A stretch of 64,000 nt of DNA from Podarcis filfolensis. Taxonomy: Eukaryota. Positions 23,173-36,140 of this stretch are shown piece after piece. Each line of letters opens with the position of its first letter. Positions within the stretch are counted from its first letter, which is position 1. The DNA is taken from the NCBI GenBank assembly GCA_964270895.1, contig OZ185440.1; one strand, given 5' to 3'. Under the pieces are notes generated by a model. That model was not told the DNA's origin, did no database searches, and saw only the letters and a list, made by a program, of their open reading frames with translations. Both the position numbers and the translations under genes were made by a program.

Positions 23173-26100
23173 TTCTGTAGCATACACAGCCTAAGAGTTG
23201 TTTCCTCTGAAGTAATACATTTGCTGTGTTTGTACAACCAGTGCTGTCAACTGGAAAGAAATAACGGTCTAGCTGTTGTCACCTATGCTGTGGTAATATC
23301 CATAACTGACTATTTCATGTTGCGTTAGGGGCTACCCCTTGAAGGTATCTCCAAAACTTCATTTTGTACAAAAACAAGCAGCTGGCCTTGTTGTCTGACC
23401 CTGGTTATTCAGAGCATATCTTCCTAGCTTTAAGAAAAAGCTGTACTAGTTTCTTGTGTCTTTCTGGGCTTAATTTGAGGTGCTTATCAGGGCCCCTGTT
23501 GCATGGGACTGAGGTATCCCAAGGAGTTCCCCCTTCTTTATGGTAATTTGATAAGGCTCTTTTTCATGCATCTCAGTTTACTGAGTTAATCCATGTGGTG
23601 ACCAATGATCTGTCCTTTTCTGTTGTGGCACCTGATTTTGGAATGCGTTCTCTGGGGGCAGTCCTCCTAAAACCAATCCCGATGAATATGCTTTATCAGG
23701 TGAAAACATTTTAATTGCTTAGGCCCATGGCATTTTAACTTGGAAATGTTTAATCAGTTTACTGTTCTTAGTATTGTTTTAGCCTGCTGGATGTTTTTAT
23801 AGTTATCCATCTTAAAACCCTATGTAAATTAAATGCAGTCTCAGAAAGCTAGTTGTGCCTCAGACATAGATTTGTGGCATATATAATATAGATGGAAGAT
23901 TTTTGCAATGTTTCTTTTTTGTGGGGAAAGCATAGTGTGTTGCATTTAACAACAAATATGACATAACTCAGGAAAACCAATCAAGCTGAAGTCCATGTGT
24001 GCAATAGTGGGTTTGTATCCTTACTTGACACTTGAACAAAGATACTCTTGTCAGTAAAACTGACTGTAGATATCTTAACATGTTGGATATGTTTAGACTT
24101 GATCAGATCAGATCTGATGAATAGTGAATGTGAAGAGTTTCACCTGTTTTATTAATATTAAGCTTCTGTTAAAGGCAAAAGAGTAGGTAAGCCTGGCATT
24201 TTCTGGTCAAATGTCAACCAAAAATACATTTAGAAACCTTATTCTTCTAGTACCAAAACAATAAAATGTTCATTTCATGTTCATTAAGAATATATTTAAA
24301 AACAAATTCTCAGCTATATTCTCCTGAACACCTTCAGATTTTCCCTACCTCATATGAATAACTACGACAAAAAATTCTATATATTTCCCAGAATATTGTT
24401 TTAGTAATATTTGTTCATAAAATTAAAACAAAATACAGATAATGAAATTGCAGATTTGTTTAAACTCATCCAATTTTTTTTTTGAAAAATGTTCATTTCT
24501 GGATTCCTTTTGGGTACATTGACCATAAATCCTACTCAATAGCTATTTTCTCAATAGCTGTTCTTTTGGTTGCTGTTAATGGAGTGATTTTTTAAAGTGT
24601 GAGAGCGAGAGAGGGAGAGAGGGAAATAGACACTTAGGATTATTTTCATAGTTGACTCTTTCCCCACTTAGTTGCACAGAAAAAAGGCAAGAATATAATC
24701 GTTATTTTCAGATTGCTTTGTCTGAGACTATGCTTTTAAGAATGATTTGTATGTAAACTGTTTTCTCACAGTACACTTCATGAAGTAGCAAGGAGCAGTG
24801 TAAAAAATAGCTATTGCGATGGTACTAGGTCAGTACTTGGAGAGTCATCCTCTTTTTTAAAAGGCAGTTGCTATGGAAACTATTAGAACTGGAGCTGTCA
24901 CCCTCTGATGCTGTTGAGTTGATTATGTGCCCTGTGTTAGAAATATGAAATACTATTTTCATGCTGCCTAATCAGTGCTTAGACCACATCAGAAAGGAAA
25001 TTGTTTTTGATAACTAAGCCATTTTTTCTGTGTAATCCTGATGCTGCATAATGCAAAACATTCTTGTGCCTCCCGTAAAAAACCAAAAAACCAAAACCAA
25101 GACCCAATGGAAGAAGTAGCGTTTGGCACAGAAAATGGGGAGCTTTGGTAGAAAGTTCTGGAAGATAATGAACATTTTTTTTCAGCATCATAAAGACAAT
25201 AATAGCAGGCCTAGGGTTTGTGGAATACTTTAAAAGTATTGTTCGTTTCATTACAATTTGCACTTTGATACTTTTTTACAATTGAAAGTTAGCCCACTCT
25301 GTGTTACCTTCAGTTAAAAGTCTTAACAGTAGTAGTGATTTTGAAATGTGTAGTATGTTTATACTGACACGTTATTCTTTCATTTATAGCCACAATATGA
25401 CATTAATTAGATTAAAACTGAGAAGAAATACAAAAAAAAAAACATGTTAGACATCAAATAGCGTTAAAAACTAGAAGCCATATCTGTCATTTTCTTTGTG
25501 ACAGCCATTTCATTAATTGCAAGCCTGAATAAGATAATCTAAAATTGCTGGTGGCTTTCTGAAACTGCATGAGATTTACTGTCATAGTTTGAAATGCCAT
25601 TTGGTAATTTTGCTAAGTACAGCTCAGCACACCTCTGTCCCATCTGTTTCCTTCATGTGATGCATAGTTTAGAATAAAGCATCAGTTCTATACAAAGCAG
25701 TTCAGACTTCCAGCTACCACGCAAGGTTTGGAGTGATTCTAGTTTACTTGGTATGTAAGATGTCACCCAGGGTGCTAACAACATGTGTGGGAAAAAGCAG
25801 CAGGCATAAAAAATTGATGGATACTTGGGATCTTGGGAATGGAATCATAACAAAAACTGCCTATATGTGCAGTGTTGTGTGAGCAACTAATCACAGAGGG
25901 AGTATGAGCAGCTGCAAGGATCTAGGCAGAATTCAGTCTCTTTCTGCTTTAGGCCTTCAGGGTTTCAGAAAAGTAGAATAATGGCAAAATAAACAGATGC
26001 ATGTAGATTTAATAATTTCCCCCCACAGACCCATAAGCTGAGCAGGAGGGCACCTAAGAATCACTTGATGATACATTTCAAAATAATTGGAGAGCTAATA

Positions 26101-27119
26101 AGATCACCCTCAAAAAACTGGAGAATAGTAAATAATAGTTAAGCAGTTAAAGGGAAGATCTAGTAAGATAAAGTTGCCAGACAGGAGATTTCAAATTCAA
26201 TGGGCAGTTTCCCTATTTCCACCCCACGGCAGTGGGAATTTTGCTCCCCTTTGTGTAGCTGACCAACAAGTGAATAAGAAAAGAGAACCTTACTTCATTC
26301 AATGGCAAGCCTTATTCAGATTTTATATCTAGGGGAAAACATAGCACTGTATAGACCCCCATGAGTGGGGCGGCCCAGGGATGTTGCAACTTAAATATTA
26401 TTATGAGGTCTTGGAATTAAAACAATTGACTTGAATTATTAAAGACTCAATGGATATCCCCTGGGTTCAGTTGGAACTGGGCCCTTTGGAACCAGCCCTA
26501 CATGCATTCCCCTTCCTGTGCCCGACATGGTTGCAGCTAAGAAAGCTTTTGAATCCCTTTCTAAAAGCAACATTTAACACGGGGAAGGTTTTCCATCTGT
26601 GTGAGAGACATATCTTAGTACAACCGATCAGTAGGTGAAATACCAGGTGTAGAGTCGACAGATAAATTGAACTACCCAGCAGTACTTATTTCATCCACAA
26701 CAGCTGAATGAACTTCGTCACTCATTAGACCAATGAGTTAATCACAAACTGTCTTTTTTCTGAAATATCAAATATCATTTAAACAACACGAACAAAACCC
26801 TCTCTTTTTCATTTTTGCCCCATCTTTGCTGGTTCCCTAACCACGTGCTTAATCTGCATTTTGGGTAATCCAGCACTGCCTGTAACCCCAAACGGAGTAC
26901 TACATATTTTGATCTGATGATTATTTTACTATGGTCATAGGCTATCAGATGGAGGCTTCCACAGTTAATCCTTCCAGAAGGTACAGACTTTTTAGATTCA
27001 TGGTTCGTCGACTAAGCATTGTGTGCTCTTGCAGTGGTTTGTGTAAATGATAATGGATAACAGTGCCCATATAACAGTGTGTAGTAGAGACATGAATATG
27101 ACTTTTGTTCGTTCTTCAG

Positions 27120-27305
27120 TGATTCCGCATAAAATTGGGCGTGTCATTGAAGGGAGTCCAGCTGATCACTGTGGAAAACTGAAAGTGGGAGATAGAATTT
27201 CAGCAGTGAATGGCCAGTCAATCGTAGACCTCTCACATGAAAACATTGTGCAGTTAATCAAAGATGCAGGGAACACTGTCACACTCACTGTTGTTGCTGA
27301 AGAAG
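27120..27305 (+). CDS. MAGI3: MAGI3 exon: PDZ4 C-terminus ([33 protein letters not shown]...TLTVVAEE)
   Basis: cttcag|tg acceptor, aag|gtaaga donor, 186 nt. Confidence 0.96.
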
Positions 27306-27400
27306 GTAAGAATGTTATTGTTGTACTTTCTAGATACAATAAGATTCAGCTGCCACATGGTCACAATCTGGATCTTTTCAGCTGCTTTCAATATTGCCTA

Positions 27401-27641
27401 CAGTCATACCTCATGTTACGGACGCTTCAGGTTATGTGTTTTCAGGTTGCGGACTGTGGGAAACCCGGAAGTACTGGAACGGGTCACTTCCGGTTTTTGC
27501 CACATGCGCAGAAGCACTAAATCACGCTTGTGCAGAAGCACCAAATCGCGCATGCGCAGACGTGGCGTTTCAGGGTGTCAACACTGCGGATTGCAGACGT
27601 GCCTCCATCATGGATTACGTCCACAACCCAAGGTTCCACTG
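27401..27641. mobile_element. Tc1/mariner (Tigger-like) MITE, 241 bp
   Basis: TA-flanked; imperfect TIRs cagtcatacctcatgttacggacg / cgtccacaacccaaggttccactg. Confidence 0.8.
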
Positions 27642-27904
27642 TATCTGAATGAATTGAATGGGTTTGGGATTGAAGGGTCACGTATTCTACTGGTTTCATT
27701 CCTATCTGGACAGTCAGTTCCAGAAAGTGGTATGAAAGAACTTCTGATGGTCCCTGTGGCATGTCCTGCAGGGTTCTTTATTGTCCCCAGTGCTGCTCAA
27801 CATCTACATGAAGCTGCTTAATTAAGTATTTTGCGGATTTGCATTGAGATGTCATTAGCAGACGGTGACACCTAGCCCCCTTTCTCCTTTTCTTCAGAAT
27901 GGGA

Positions 27905-28130
27905 TTGGACAGTGGAGATACTGAATCATAGTCCAGAGTCAGTAATGAACTGGATCAGGGTCATCAAAGTGCAACTCAATCCAACTAAGACAGAGGTGCT
28001 TTTTGTAGGTGGTGTAGGCCAGGGAGGTAGTGATCAACCTGTTTCAGATGGAGTTGCACTTCGTGCTCCTACCCAGACCAGTATTGCATGTAGATTCAGG
28101 TAGCATCTGTGGCATGCATATGTCGCAGTT
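27905..28130 (+). mobile_element. Old L2 ORF2 fragment
   Basis: ..SVMNWIRVIKVQLNPTKTEVLFVG..SDGVAL.. parallels ..[30 protein letters not shown].. of the 57-kb L2. Confidence 0.6.
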
Positions 28131-29892
28131 CTTAAATGGTCATACTAGTTGTCAGTCCATTTTGGGGCAAAGGACTTGACCATTACCTAAAAAGCATCTA
28201 GCAGTTTGGAGACTGATTGCCTGGAGCTTTCTATCCCATGAGTCTTCCCAAACCTTATTATCTCCATTGAAGGCCCTCCTCTAACCCCACCACCACCATT
28301 TTGAAATTAGATGGGTTGTGGTTGCTTGCACTTGAAATTTCCCCACCAAAGAAACTTGCCTTTGCATCTGGCAAAATTTTCACTTACCCAGACATTAGCC
28401 AAGTCCTTACAAAATGAGTGAAAATCAGGGCAAGGAAGATTTTAAAGTACTACATGGGTAAGTAGGAGGGGGGAAAGAACCACCTATCTGCTGTCAGTCC
28501 CCACCAAGTAACTTTTATCCCTCTAGCAGAGGCTACTTCATAGAGTCCAACTTTGGGGGATGGGGTAGAGAATGAGGTAAGAATAGGGCTGTGTTTTTAA
28601 TTTTTTCCCATCTCACTTTGCAGGGATTGGGTGGCAATCTCCTCCTGTCACATCTAACTTCTCCCTTCAAACCAGCCAGGCTGATGCAAAATACTGTACA
28701 TCAAAACAACCTAGTCCTCTAAGTAACAAAATGACTTTTTATTATTCTGAAATCCCATCTGCTGATGTAGCATTGTCCCCATATAGTATTTTCCCTACAC
28801 AAACAGCTCAGTATAAATATGTAAAATCTAATCACTTGAAAAGAAACTCTTCTCTGGCTCAGTTTACTGGTATGCTTTTTTCCAGACTACTGCCTGCGCA
28901 TGTAATTAAACTTGCTATTGATATTTTGCCAGAAAGATGGCTTTCTACAATATTGAATAATAATCACCTAAAACCAACCTGCCATAATATTGATTCCACT
29001 GATTTCACATGTTATGACTTGTGACAGAATATCAAAGACATCATTTATCTACTTGTCAAGGCTTTTATACTTACAACATCCATTATTTTCAAGGAAATGC
29101 TTTCACATTTCCCCCCACTCCCAATTTCATTTTTTTATATTAAAGGGGAGAGAATGGTTACTCAGTGAAGATGACATTGAGATTCTTCTTGTTATTGTTA
29201 CTGCCCTTCATTCTAAGGCCCCCAGGGCAGGTTACTACAATTTAAAATACAACATTAAAAACAGTTTAAAACAACTCATGGTAGTCTCTTTTGTCTTTCG
29301 GTTTGAATCTTTGCCACCACAATCTGCTATTTTCTCTAAATGCTTGAGAAGTGAGCCAACTGCAGAAATTTAGAGATGTACCCAATTTTCCGTTCCCTGG
29401 AGTTTTGCAGATAAAATTGAAGGTAAAATGAGGACCCAAGAATACATAAAGGGAAAAAAAATAACTGATTGCAAAATAAAGACTAGGCAGTCGGACATCT
29501 ACATGGTTCAGAGGATACTTTCTTGTGGGTTACATAAGTTAATGATTTATAGAAAATCGCTTAATATAAAGTTGAGTTCAGGTAGGTGTACTTGAAATAT
29601 GTGCAAGTGTCCAGATCACAAAATATTTGGTGGTTACAACTACATCACTGAGGAAGGAGCTAGTGTTCATGCCAGTGTGGTTATAGAGCAGAATTGAAGA
29701 AGCTGTTAGGCTTCTTTCAAAAAATAGAAGTTTTGGCCAAATGAAAAGAAAAGTGAACTGAAACTTTTGTGGGGTGGTGAGTACAAACAAACAGTAAGGG
29801 ATGCTGGGGGTGGGGAGATGAGTGCATTGCTGGAAACATTACGACCAATGGCAAGAGGCTCTTTAAATACATCCATAGTAGACTGTCTAGCG

Positions 29893-30476
29893 TAGGCTTG
29901 CCGTATGCCTGAAAATCCCAAACATGTCTTCTTTGGGGGGGCCTACATCCCCATTGGGGGGGTTGCATTTTATAGGAAATACCTGGGTTTGTGGGGAGCT
30001 TTGTTTTATTTTATTTTTAAACTGTGCCCCAGAAGCGGAAGCGTTCGCTTTGGCCGGAGGGGAACGTGTGCGAGGCCCGCATGCTACCAGCGTCACTACC
30101 AGGCCTGCGTGACTCTTTCCCAGCCTGGGCTGGCAGCAGCCACTAAGGAAGCCACCACCGCTGCTGCTTCCGCTTCCTGCTCCATTTGGGCCACCTGGAG
30201 CCCAAAGTCTGTGAGTGGTGCCAGGGCTGGGAGCGCTAGAGTGAGGGACTCAGGACGAGAGCTGGAACTGGGGTTACCAGAGCCCAGCAAGTGCTTGGAG
30301 CTGGCCCTCTGCCTCTTCCCTGTTGGGGGATTAGCGCAATCGGCGGTGGCAGGCGGCGGTGGCCCTGCTAGCAATCTCACAAATAAAAAAGCTCAAAAAC
30401 TTTCCAAAAAAGCTGAATAGCTTTTGTTTAGCCGCTGGTCGCCTGGATTTTTACTTCTTGAAATATGGCAACCCTA
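29893..30476. mobile_element. hAT-type non-autonomous element, 584 bp, nested in CR1
   Basis: TIRs taggcttgccgtat / atatggcaacccta; TSD gtctagcg / gtctaagg (6/8). The CR1 reading frame joins across it. Confidence 0.8.
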
Positions 30477-31016
30477 GTCTAAGGAGGTGGTTGGACCTTT
30501 GGATGTCAAGAAATTCAAATGTGTGCTAAAGGAGGATAAATAGATTGCAGAGAAGCTGAATGAATTCTTTGCATCTTTCTTTGCAGGAGGAACAGAGGCA
30601 AATAGTTGTGTCAAGATATGAAGTTTTAGGCCTAACGGACAAAATAAAAACTGACAAGTCACCAGGTCCAGATGGCAGCAGCCAGAGAGTTCTCAAAGAA
30701 CTCAACTGTGAAATGGTTGATCTTCTAAACAAAAATAAGTAGCTTGTCCCTAAGATCAGACTCCATACCTGAAAAATGCAAACTAGCCAACATAACACCA
30801 ATTTTAAAAACTGAATCCAGGGAGATCCTGTAAATTATAGGCAGGTTAAGTTAACATCTGTCTTGGGAAAACTGGCAGAAAGTTTTGTTAAGGATTAAAT
30901 AACCAAGCATATAGAAGAACAAGGCTTGCTGAAGCAGAGTCCCATATCACATATCACAAACCTATTAGAGTTTTTTGAGAGTGCCAACAAGCATTAGTGA
31001 AATGGTTAACATAGTG

Positions 31017-31151
31017 CAGGCATCCCCAACCTTCAGCCCTCCAAATGTTTTGGAGGGAGATTCCACCATCCCTGACCGCTGGTCCTGTTAGTTAGGGATC
31101 ATGGGAGTTGTAGGCCAAAACATCTGGAGGGCCGCAGGTTGGGGATGCCTG
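31017..31151. mobile_element. Palindromic hAT-type MITE, 135 bp (15508 family), nested in CR1
   Basis: TIRs caggcatccccaacct / aggttggggatgcctg; TSD acatagtg / acgtagtg. Confidence 0.9.
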
Positions 31152-32274
31152 ACGTAGTGTATTTCAGTTTTCAAAACGCTTTTGACAAGGTAGTTCACCA
31201 AAGATTCCTAAGCAAGCATAGCAGCCATGGAATAAGAGGACCTTGTGGATCAGGAATTGGTTCAGTAGTAGGAATAAATTGCTGGAGTGGAGGGTGCACT
31301 TGTGCACGGATCCTGCTACAGTGAGAACAGGATGCTGAACCAGATGGTCCATTGGCCTGATACAGCAGGCTCTTCTTATGTTCTGTTTCAAAAGGATGAT
31401 CTATACCTCCATCCATTAACTGATCAGTAGGACTATAATCAAAGAAAGAAAAACAGCTTTTGAACCTGCATCACCATAGCATACTAGCTACTACTGGCTT
31501 TGCTTTTCCCTGTTGTTTCCATTAGTTGAAACATCCTAAACTAGAAATTAAAAACCCACTATTAAACTCTTTTTAGCATCTAGAAATGCCAACTTGTAAC
31601 TTTCTCTGTTTTTTTGTTCCCATAGTCTCTTTAATTTAAAGAAAAACAAATTGTGCTTCATGCTCCACAAAGCATTATGTTAGCATTTTGCTCAAAACAG
31701 AAGCTTGTCAGCCCCAGTCATGTAGAAAGTAGAAATGCAGGCGGAAGAGGATGAGCAGTGGAGAGGGGAATGAGTACAGACAGATGGCCTTTTCCCTACC
31801 TGTGCTTATTAATTAAAACTCTTGAGTGTAAAACAGGAGAAAATGTTGACATTTGTCTTTATGGGGGCGGGGATATTCAAGGCATTTCATAGTAAGAAGG
31901 CCAAGCAATTCTGTGCTGAACTCTACAGGGTTTTCTTGCATGGCTGGGAAAATGGAACCTAATGTAGAAATCTGTGTTAAGGAATAGTGTTAAGGGCATT
32001 AATCTTACCACAAGGTATTGCAGATGTGAATGAATTTGCATTAAAGGAGGGAAAGCATTAACTCGGCACACCTAGTGTCATTAGACACTATCCAAGCCTT
32101 TTTGCTTCTTCCAAGATTTACCAGTTCATACTGGGCTAAAATCTGTTCTTTAAGGTTTTTCACTGAGGGAGATTGTTTTGTTAGTATATGCTTTGTTCCT
32201 TTCTGAGTGGCGCCTTACGTTTCAAAAAGCATTTGTTTTTGTAAGTGTGGCTGGGCTTACTGTGAGCATCTAAT

Positions 32275-32400
32275 CCAGGGAAATTAATCCAGATGTTGCT
32301 GGGTTCCAGTGCCCGTCATCCCTAGCCATTTGCCATGCTGTCTGGGGCTGATGGGAGTCGGAATCCAACAACATTTGGAGGGTTTTGCCTCCCCTCATCT
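32275..32400. mobile_element. Old copy of the palindromic hAT MITE family (similar relic near 41765-41875)
   Basis: ccagatgttgctgg..catccct..gctgatgggagt..ccaacaacatttggaggg. Confidence 0.55.
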
Positions 32401-32744
32401 AATCACTGTGTATGCTGTGTTGGAGGCAGAAGCACCAGTAAGGCCTTATTCAGACAATTCTGCTAAGATTCAAAATTTGGTCTTGTGTCTGTAGCATTTG
32501 GAGGCAGCCTGACCTGCTTTGGATCCACTCTGCATTTCCATTTTGATTCATTATCCATGTCCAAATCAGATCTGTGAAAACTGAACCTATTTTGTCTCCA
32601 TTTAATATAATGTGGAATTTTAAGAACTGCTGCAGCTTATTTTATTCCTTTTCACATAAGTAGATGAAATTTGCAGACAAGCCCCTCCAGAGTCCTTAAG
32701 CCTGCCAGTAGTCAAGCAGATCCATCCAGGGGTTTTCATGTAGG

Positions 32745-32869
32745 GAAGTGCGCAGATCGCTCCTGCGCATGCACAAAGCGGCGAACCCGGAAGTAAACAC
32801 TTCCAGGTTTGCCGCGTTCATAACCTGAAAAAACGCAACGTGAAGCAAACACAACTCGAGGTATGACTG
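32745..32869. mobile_element. Truncated Tigger-like MITE, related to 27401-27641
   Basis: Right end cgaggtatgactg|ta is the reverse complement of ta|cagtcatacctc; shares the ccggaagt..acttcc and gcgcatgc internal motifs. Confidence 0.7.
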
Positions 32870-33813
32870 TAAATAACCTTTTGTCACCATTTTTTCAGCC
32901 TGGGAAGAAGAGCGGTCTGTCAAACTGCAGATAACTCAATAAAGAACCTTATCAGTTCCTTGGCAGTTCACAGACACCTTTCATCCTTCCTTCCAACTGA
33001 AGATATATGAGCAATTATACTTCCAATTAAATTGAATTCCAAGTCTTCTTTGTGTTATTCAGTTCACTTTGTAAATAATAAAGGATGGGGAAGAGTCAGC
33101 TGTAAGTTTCCATCATAAACCTTCTGCAAAATAGAGCTTTCCTCCCTCTTTCCTTTTTTTACAGAGACAGTTCCGTTTGATGTTATATTCTATATTTATA
33201 ATCCAATTTCTTCCAACCTCGCTTGTACAAATATAATTTGGACTAACATTCAGAGGAGGGTTGCCGAATCATAAATGTAGAGAAGAAAACTTTAAATAAA
33301 TAAACCATAGGCTCCCTCCCTGCACCGTCTTTTGCACCGAATGAAGTCTTATCTCAAGTTCAAACCTTAAAGTCCTTGCAGTTGGTTTGTTCCACAGTTT
33401 GTGATCTCATCTCTTCTAGCACATGTCTGTACTTTGGTCCAATTAAGCTCTAATTAATAGGAGAACCTCTGCTTCCTAATGGCAGCATTGGAGGGTTTTC
33501 GGCAGGCAAAATGCTTTTATACTCAGTGCCTCCTTGCCCCTTGCATTCCATGCCAGAGCGAGAGCCAGGTACCAAGGTGAACTGCAAGTGAAGCCTGTTC
33601 TCCTTGTCCCTGGGGGTAATTTGCAATGATAATTACCCTCAGTCTTCTTGTTTTTCCTTCGCCAACAATCTCCCACTGTTGTGGGGGTTGCCTTCATTAA
33701 GGCAGAGCAGAACTAGAAACCACAAAAGTAGTATATTTGGCATATTTTTTCCTTTTTAAAATAGTGTTATTATGTGCAGGGTACTTCTAATCTCTCTCTC
33801 CTGTCTTGATCAG

Positions 33814-33916
33814 AGCATCGTGGTCCCCCATCAGGAACAAACTCTGCCAAGCAGAGTCCAGCCCTACAGCATCGGCCAATGGGAACAGTGCCAGCCAGCT
33901 CTTTGTCTACTGACAG
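33814..33916 (+). CDS. MAGI3: MAGI3 exon: PDZ4-PDZ5 linker ([35 protein letters not shown])
   Basis: gatcag|ag acceptor, ag|gtacaa donor, 103 nt, phase 1 to 2. Matches human [24 protein letters not shown]. Confidence 0.93.
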
Positions 33917-34227
33917 GTACAAATACTTTTGTTTTTTTCTTATTTTTAGGCCACTTAGAAAACAGGGAGGCAAGAAGGTAACTCTTCTTGTCTTTTCTAT
34001 CTATGGTCAAAACAAGTTAATTTTCTGGGACGCTTTCTTAACTCAGGAATTGATCTAGTCCCAGTGCAGAGGACTTCTTCTCATCTGGTTTCTTGAGGGT
34101 TATGTTTACACCAAGGGTGGGAAACCTTTTTTGCTCCAGGAGACACAGATCCCAGCATCATGTGCCAAATGAATTGGGCATGAATTAGCACTGGAAAAAC
34201 ATACCCTGCTATGTAAAATATCAAGTA

Positions 34228-34748
34228 CCGTATTTTTCCGAATATAGGACGCCCCCTTGTATAAGACCCCCCTATTTTGGGGGACTCAATTTTAGGGAAA
34301 TGGGGGGAAATGGCCCAAAGTTGTTGAGCCTCTCCCCCCACGCAGCCGTGGGCAGGAACACTCCATACATGGTTTCCCGCGCCCAGCAGCATCGGGGGAA
34401 GTTGCACTCCCAGAAGCGCAACCTCCCCTGATGCCGCCGCGCACAGGAAACGACCCAGGGAGCACCCCCTGCACGCAGCAGCATTGGGGTTAGTTGCATT
34501 CCCGCCAATGAGCTGGCTGGTGGCACGCAACTTCTCTCCCCCCCCCCCCATGTAGCTGCAGGCAGGAAACACCCCCCAGATCGCTCCCCACTCGCTGCGG
34601 CATCGGGGGAAGCAGCGCTCCCACCAATGAGCTGGCTGGCAGCATGCCGCTCCCCCTCCCCATGCCACTATCCATGTATTGGACGACCCCAGTTTTTTGA
34701 CGTGAATTTTGAGTCAAAAAACCTCATCCGATACACGGAAAGATACGG
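34228..34748. mobile_element. Tc1/mariner-class (CCGTAT-ended) MITE, 521 bp, GC-rich with internal direct repeats
   Basis: TA-flanked; TIRs ccgtatttttccg / cggaaagatacgg; internal repeats gagctggctgg..ccccatg (twice) and gc.gcatcgggggaag (twice). Confidence 0.85.
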
Positions 34749-35638
34749 TATGAATGTTGCTTCATGCTTGTTTTTCTTCATTGGGTGGGTTATGCCTAGG
34801 AAAGCAGGGAAACTCATGAAAGTCTTCTGGGTCAGCCATATAACCCAAGACACCTCCTCTAGTTCTTTTCCTGCCCAGGATGGAGCTTTTTCTTCAGTCT
34901 GCCCCCCACATTGCTTCTCTGAATCAAACTCTCCCCTTTGTTCAAAATCATTGTCAGTCTCCCTCCCCCCAACCTCTTCTCTCCCCCCCCCCCGCCCAGC
35001 CCCCTTTCTGGCTCGCTTTTTCTGTTGTCTTTCCTCCCTTCCCCAGGGCTCTGCTTAGAAGGCAGGCAAAAGCTGCAATAAAAAAAGACAACACTATGTT
35101 AGGATTGTTAAGCAAAACACTATTGTCACTAAGAAGCCTCCAACATGGCCAGTCGGAGACTTCCAGGAACCATTCGGTTTCAGCACCTCCCTACATTGGT
35201 TGCATGTTCCTGTTTTCAGCAGGGAACAGGATCACTCACTGTAGGCAGCAGGATTTAATCTCCATTCATCAACCCATGAGTGGAGATTAAAGGCTGGTGT
35301 AAGATTAGGGACATAAAAGGGAAGAGGGGGGGACCCTCAAAAGGCTTTGCAAGACTCCCTCTCCCTCCTGCTCTAAGTCCCCATCTCACTCTGATCTTAA
35401 AGGGAGCATTTTGCAAGCAAAGGCAAAGCATGGAAAAACTCTTCCCCATCCCCTTCAAAGCACTGCAGAGAATCAGTATTGCCAAAGCCACTGTCCTGCC
35501 AGCTGATGACGCCATGGATGCTCTCCAGTTTTCATCCAGAGCTATTTCAGATTTCAGCAGTGGCATGTAGGACATGATTACATTGCCACAAGACCACAAT
35601 TGTTGTTGTTGGTATCCATTTGCCTTGAGAGATATATT

Positions 35639-35640
<2 letters not shown>

Positions 35641-35686
<46 letters not shown>
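35641..35686. repeat. (AAT)15 microsatellite
   Basis: Direct reading. Confidence 0.95.
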
Positions 35687-36030
35687 GTGTTAGTTTATTC
35701 AGCTCCGGCCCTTGAGCTGATATGGCTCATCTTGCCTTGAGCCCAGCAGAGTTTAATCCCAGTCCGCAAATGAAAGGATGAAGCAGGTATGGTGCTACAT
35801 TGCTATGCTTTATTTCTAAGCTATGCTGAGAGCATACAAACATACATCTTGCCTCTGTGAGAGCAGAGAGCAACTCCAACAAAGAAACAACAGAACAAAG
35901 AAACAGGAAACCAGTGAACGTCACATCCACTCTCCCTTTCCCGTGAGAATCCAACAGTAACTGAACTGTGGAATGAAAACATAGTCCCATGACTACCAGC
36001 TGCTGCTCAGTGAGGGAAACAGAAACCAAC

Positions 36031-36031
<1 letters not shown>

Positions 36032-36070
<39 letters not shown>
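36032..36070. repeat. (AGT)13 microsatellite
   Basis: Direct reading; ends 70 nt upstream of a MAGI3 acceptor. Confidence 0.95.
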
Positions 36071-36071
<1 letters not shown>

Positions 36072-36140
36072 ATGACATCAATCCTGCCCATCTGACTGGG
36101 TATAAATAAACAAACGTCCCTCTGCTTCCTTTAATTTCAG

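Larger units (their letters stand above)
29815..31385 (+). mobile_element. CR1 LINE ORF2 fragment and 3' end, interrupted by two MITEs
   Basis: KRLFKYIHSRL|SKEVVGPLD, DKSPGPDG..RVLKELNCE, NYRQV.LTSV.GKL, V|YFSFQNAFDKV; 3' end gatggtccattggcctga..ctcttcttatgttct. Confidence 0.85.

Noticed and set aside
27047-27821. 157-aa and 185-aa ORFs as independent genes
   Set aside because: Only 27120-27305 is MAGI3 coding. The rest is intron read-through and MITE sequence.
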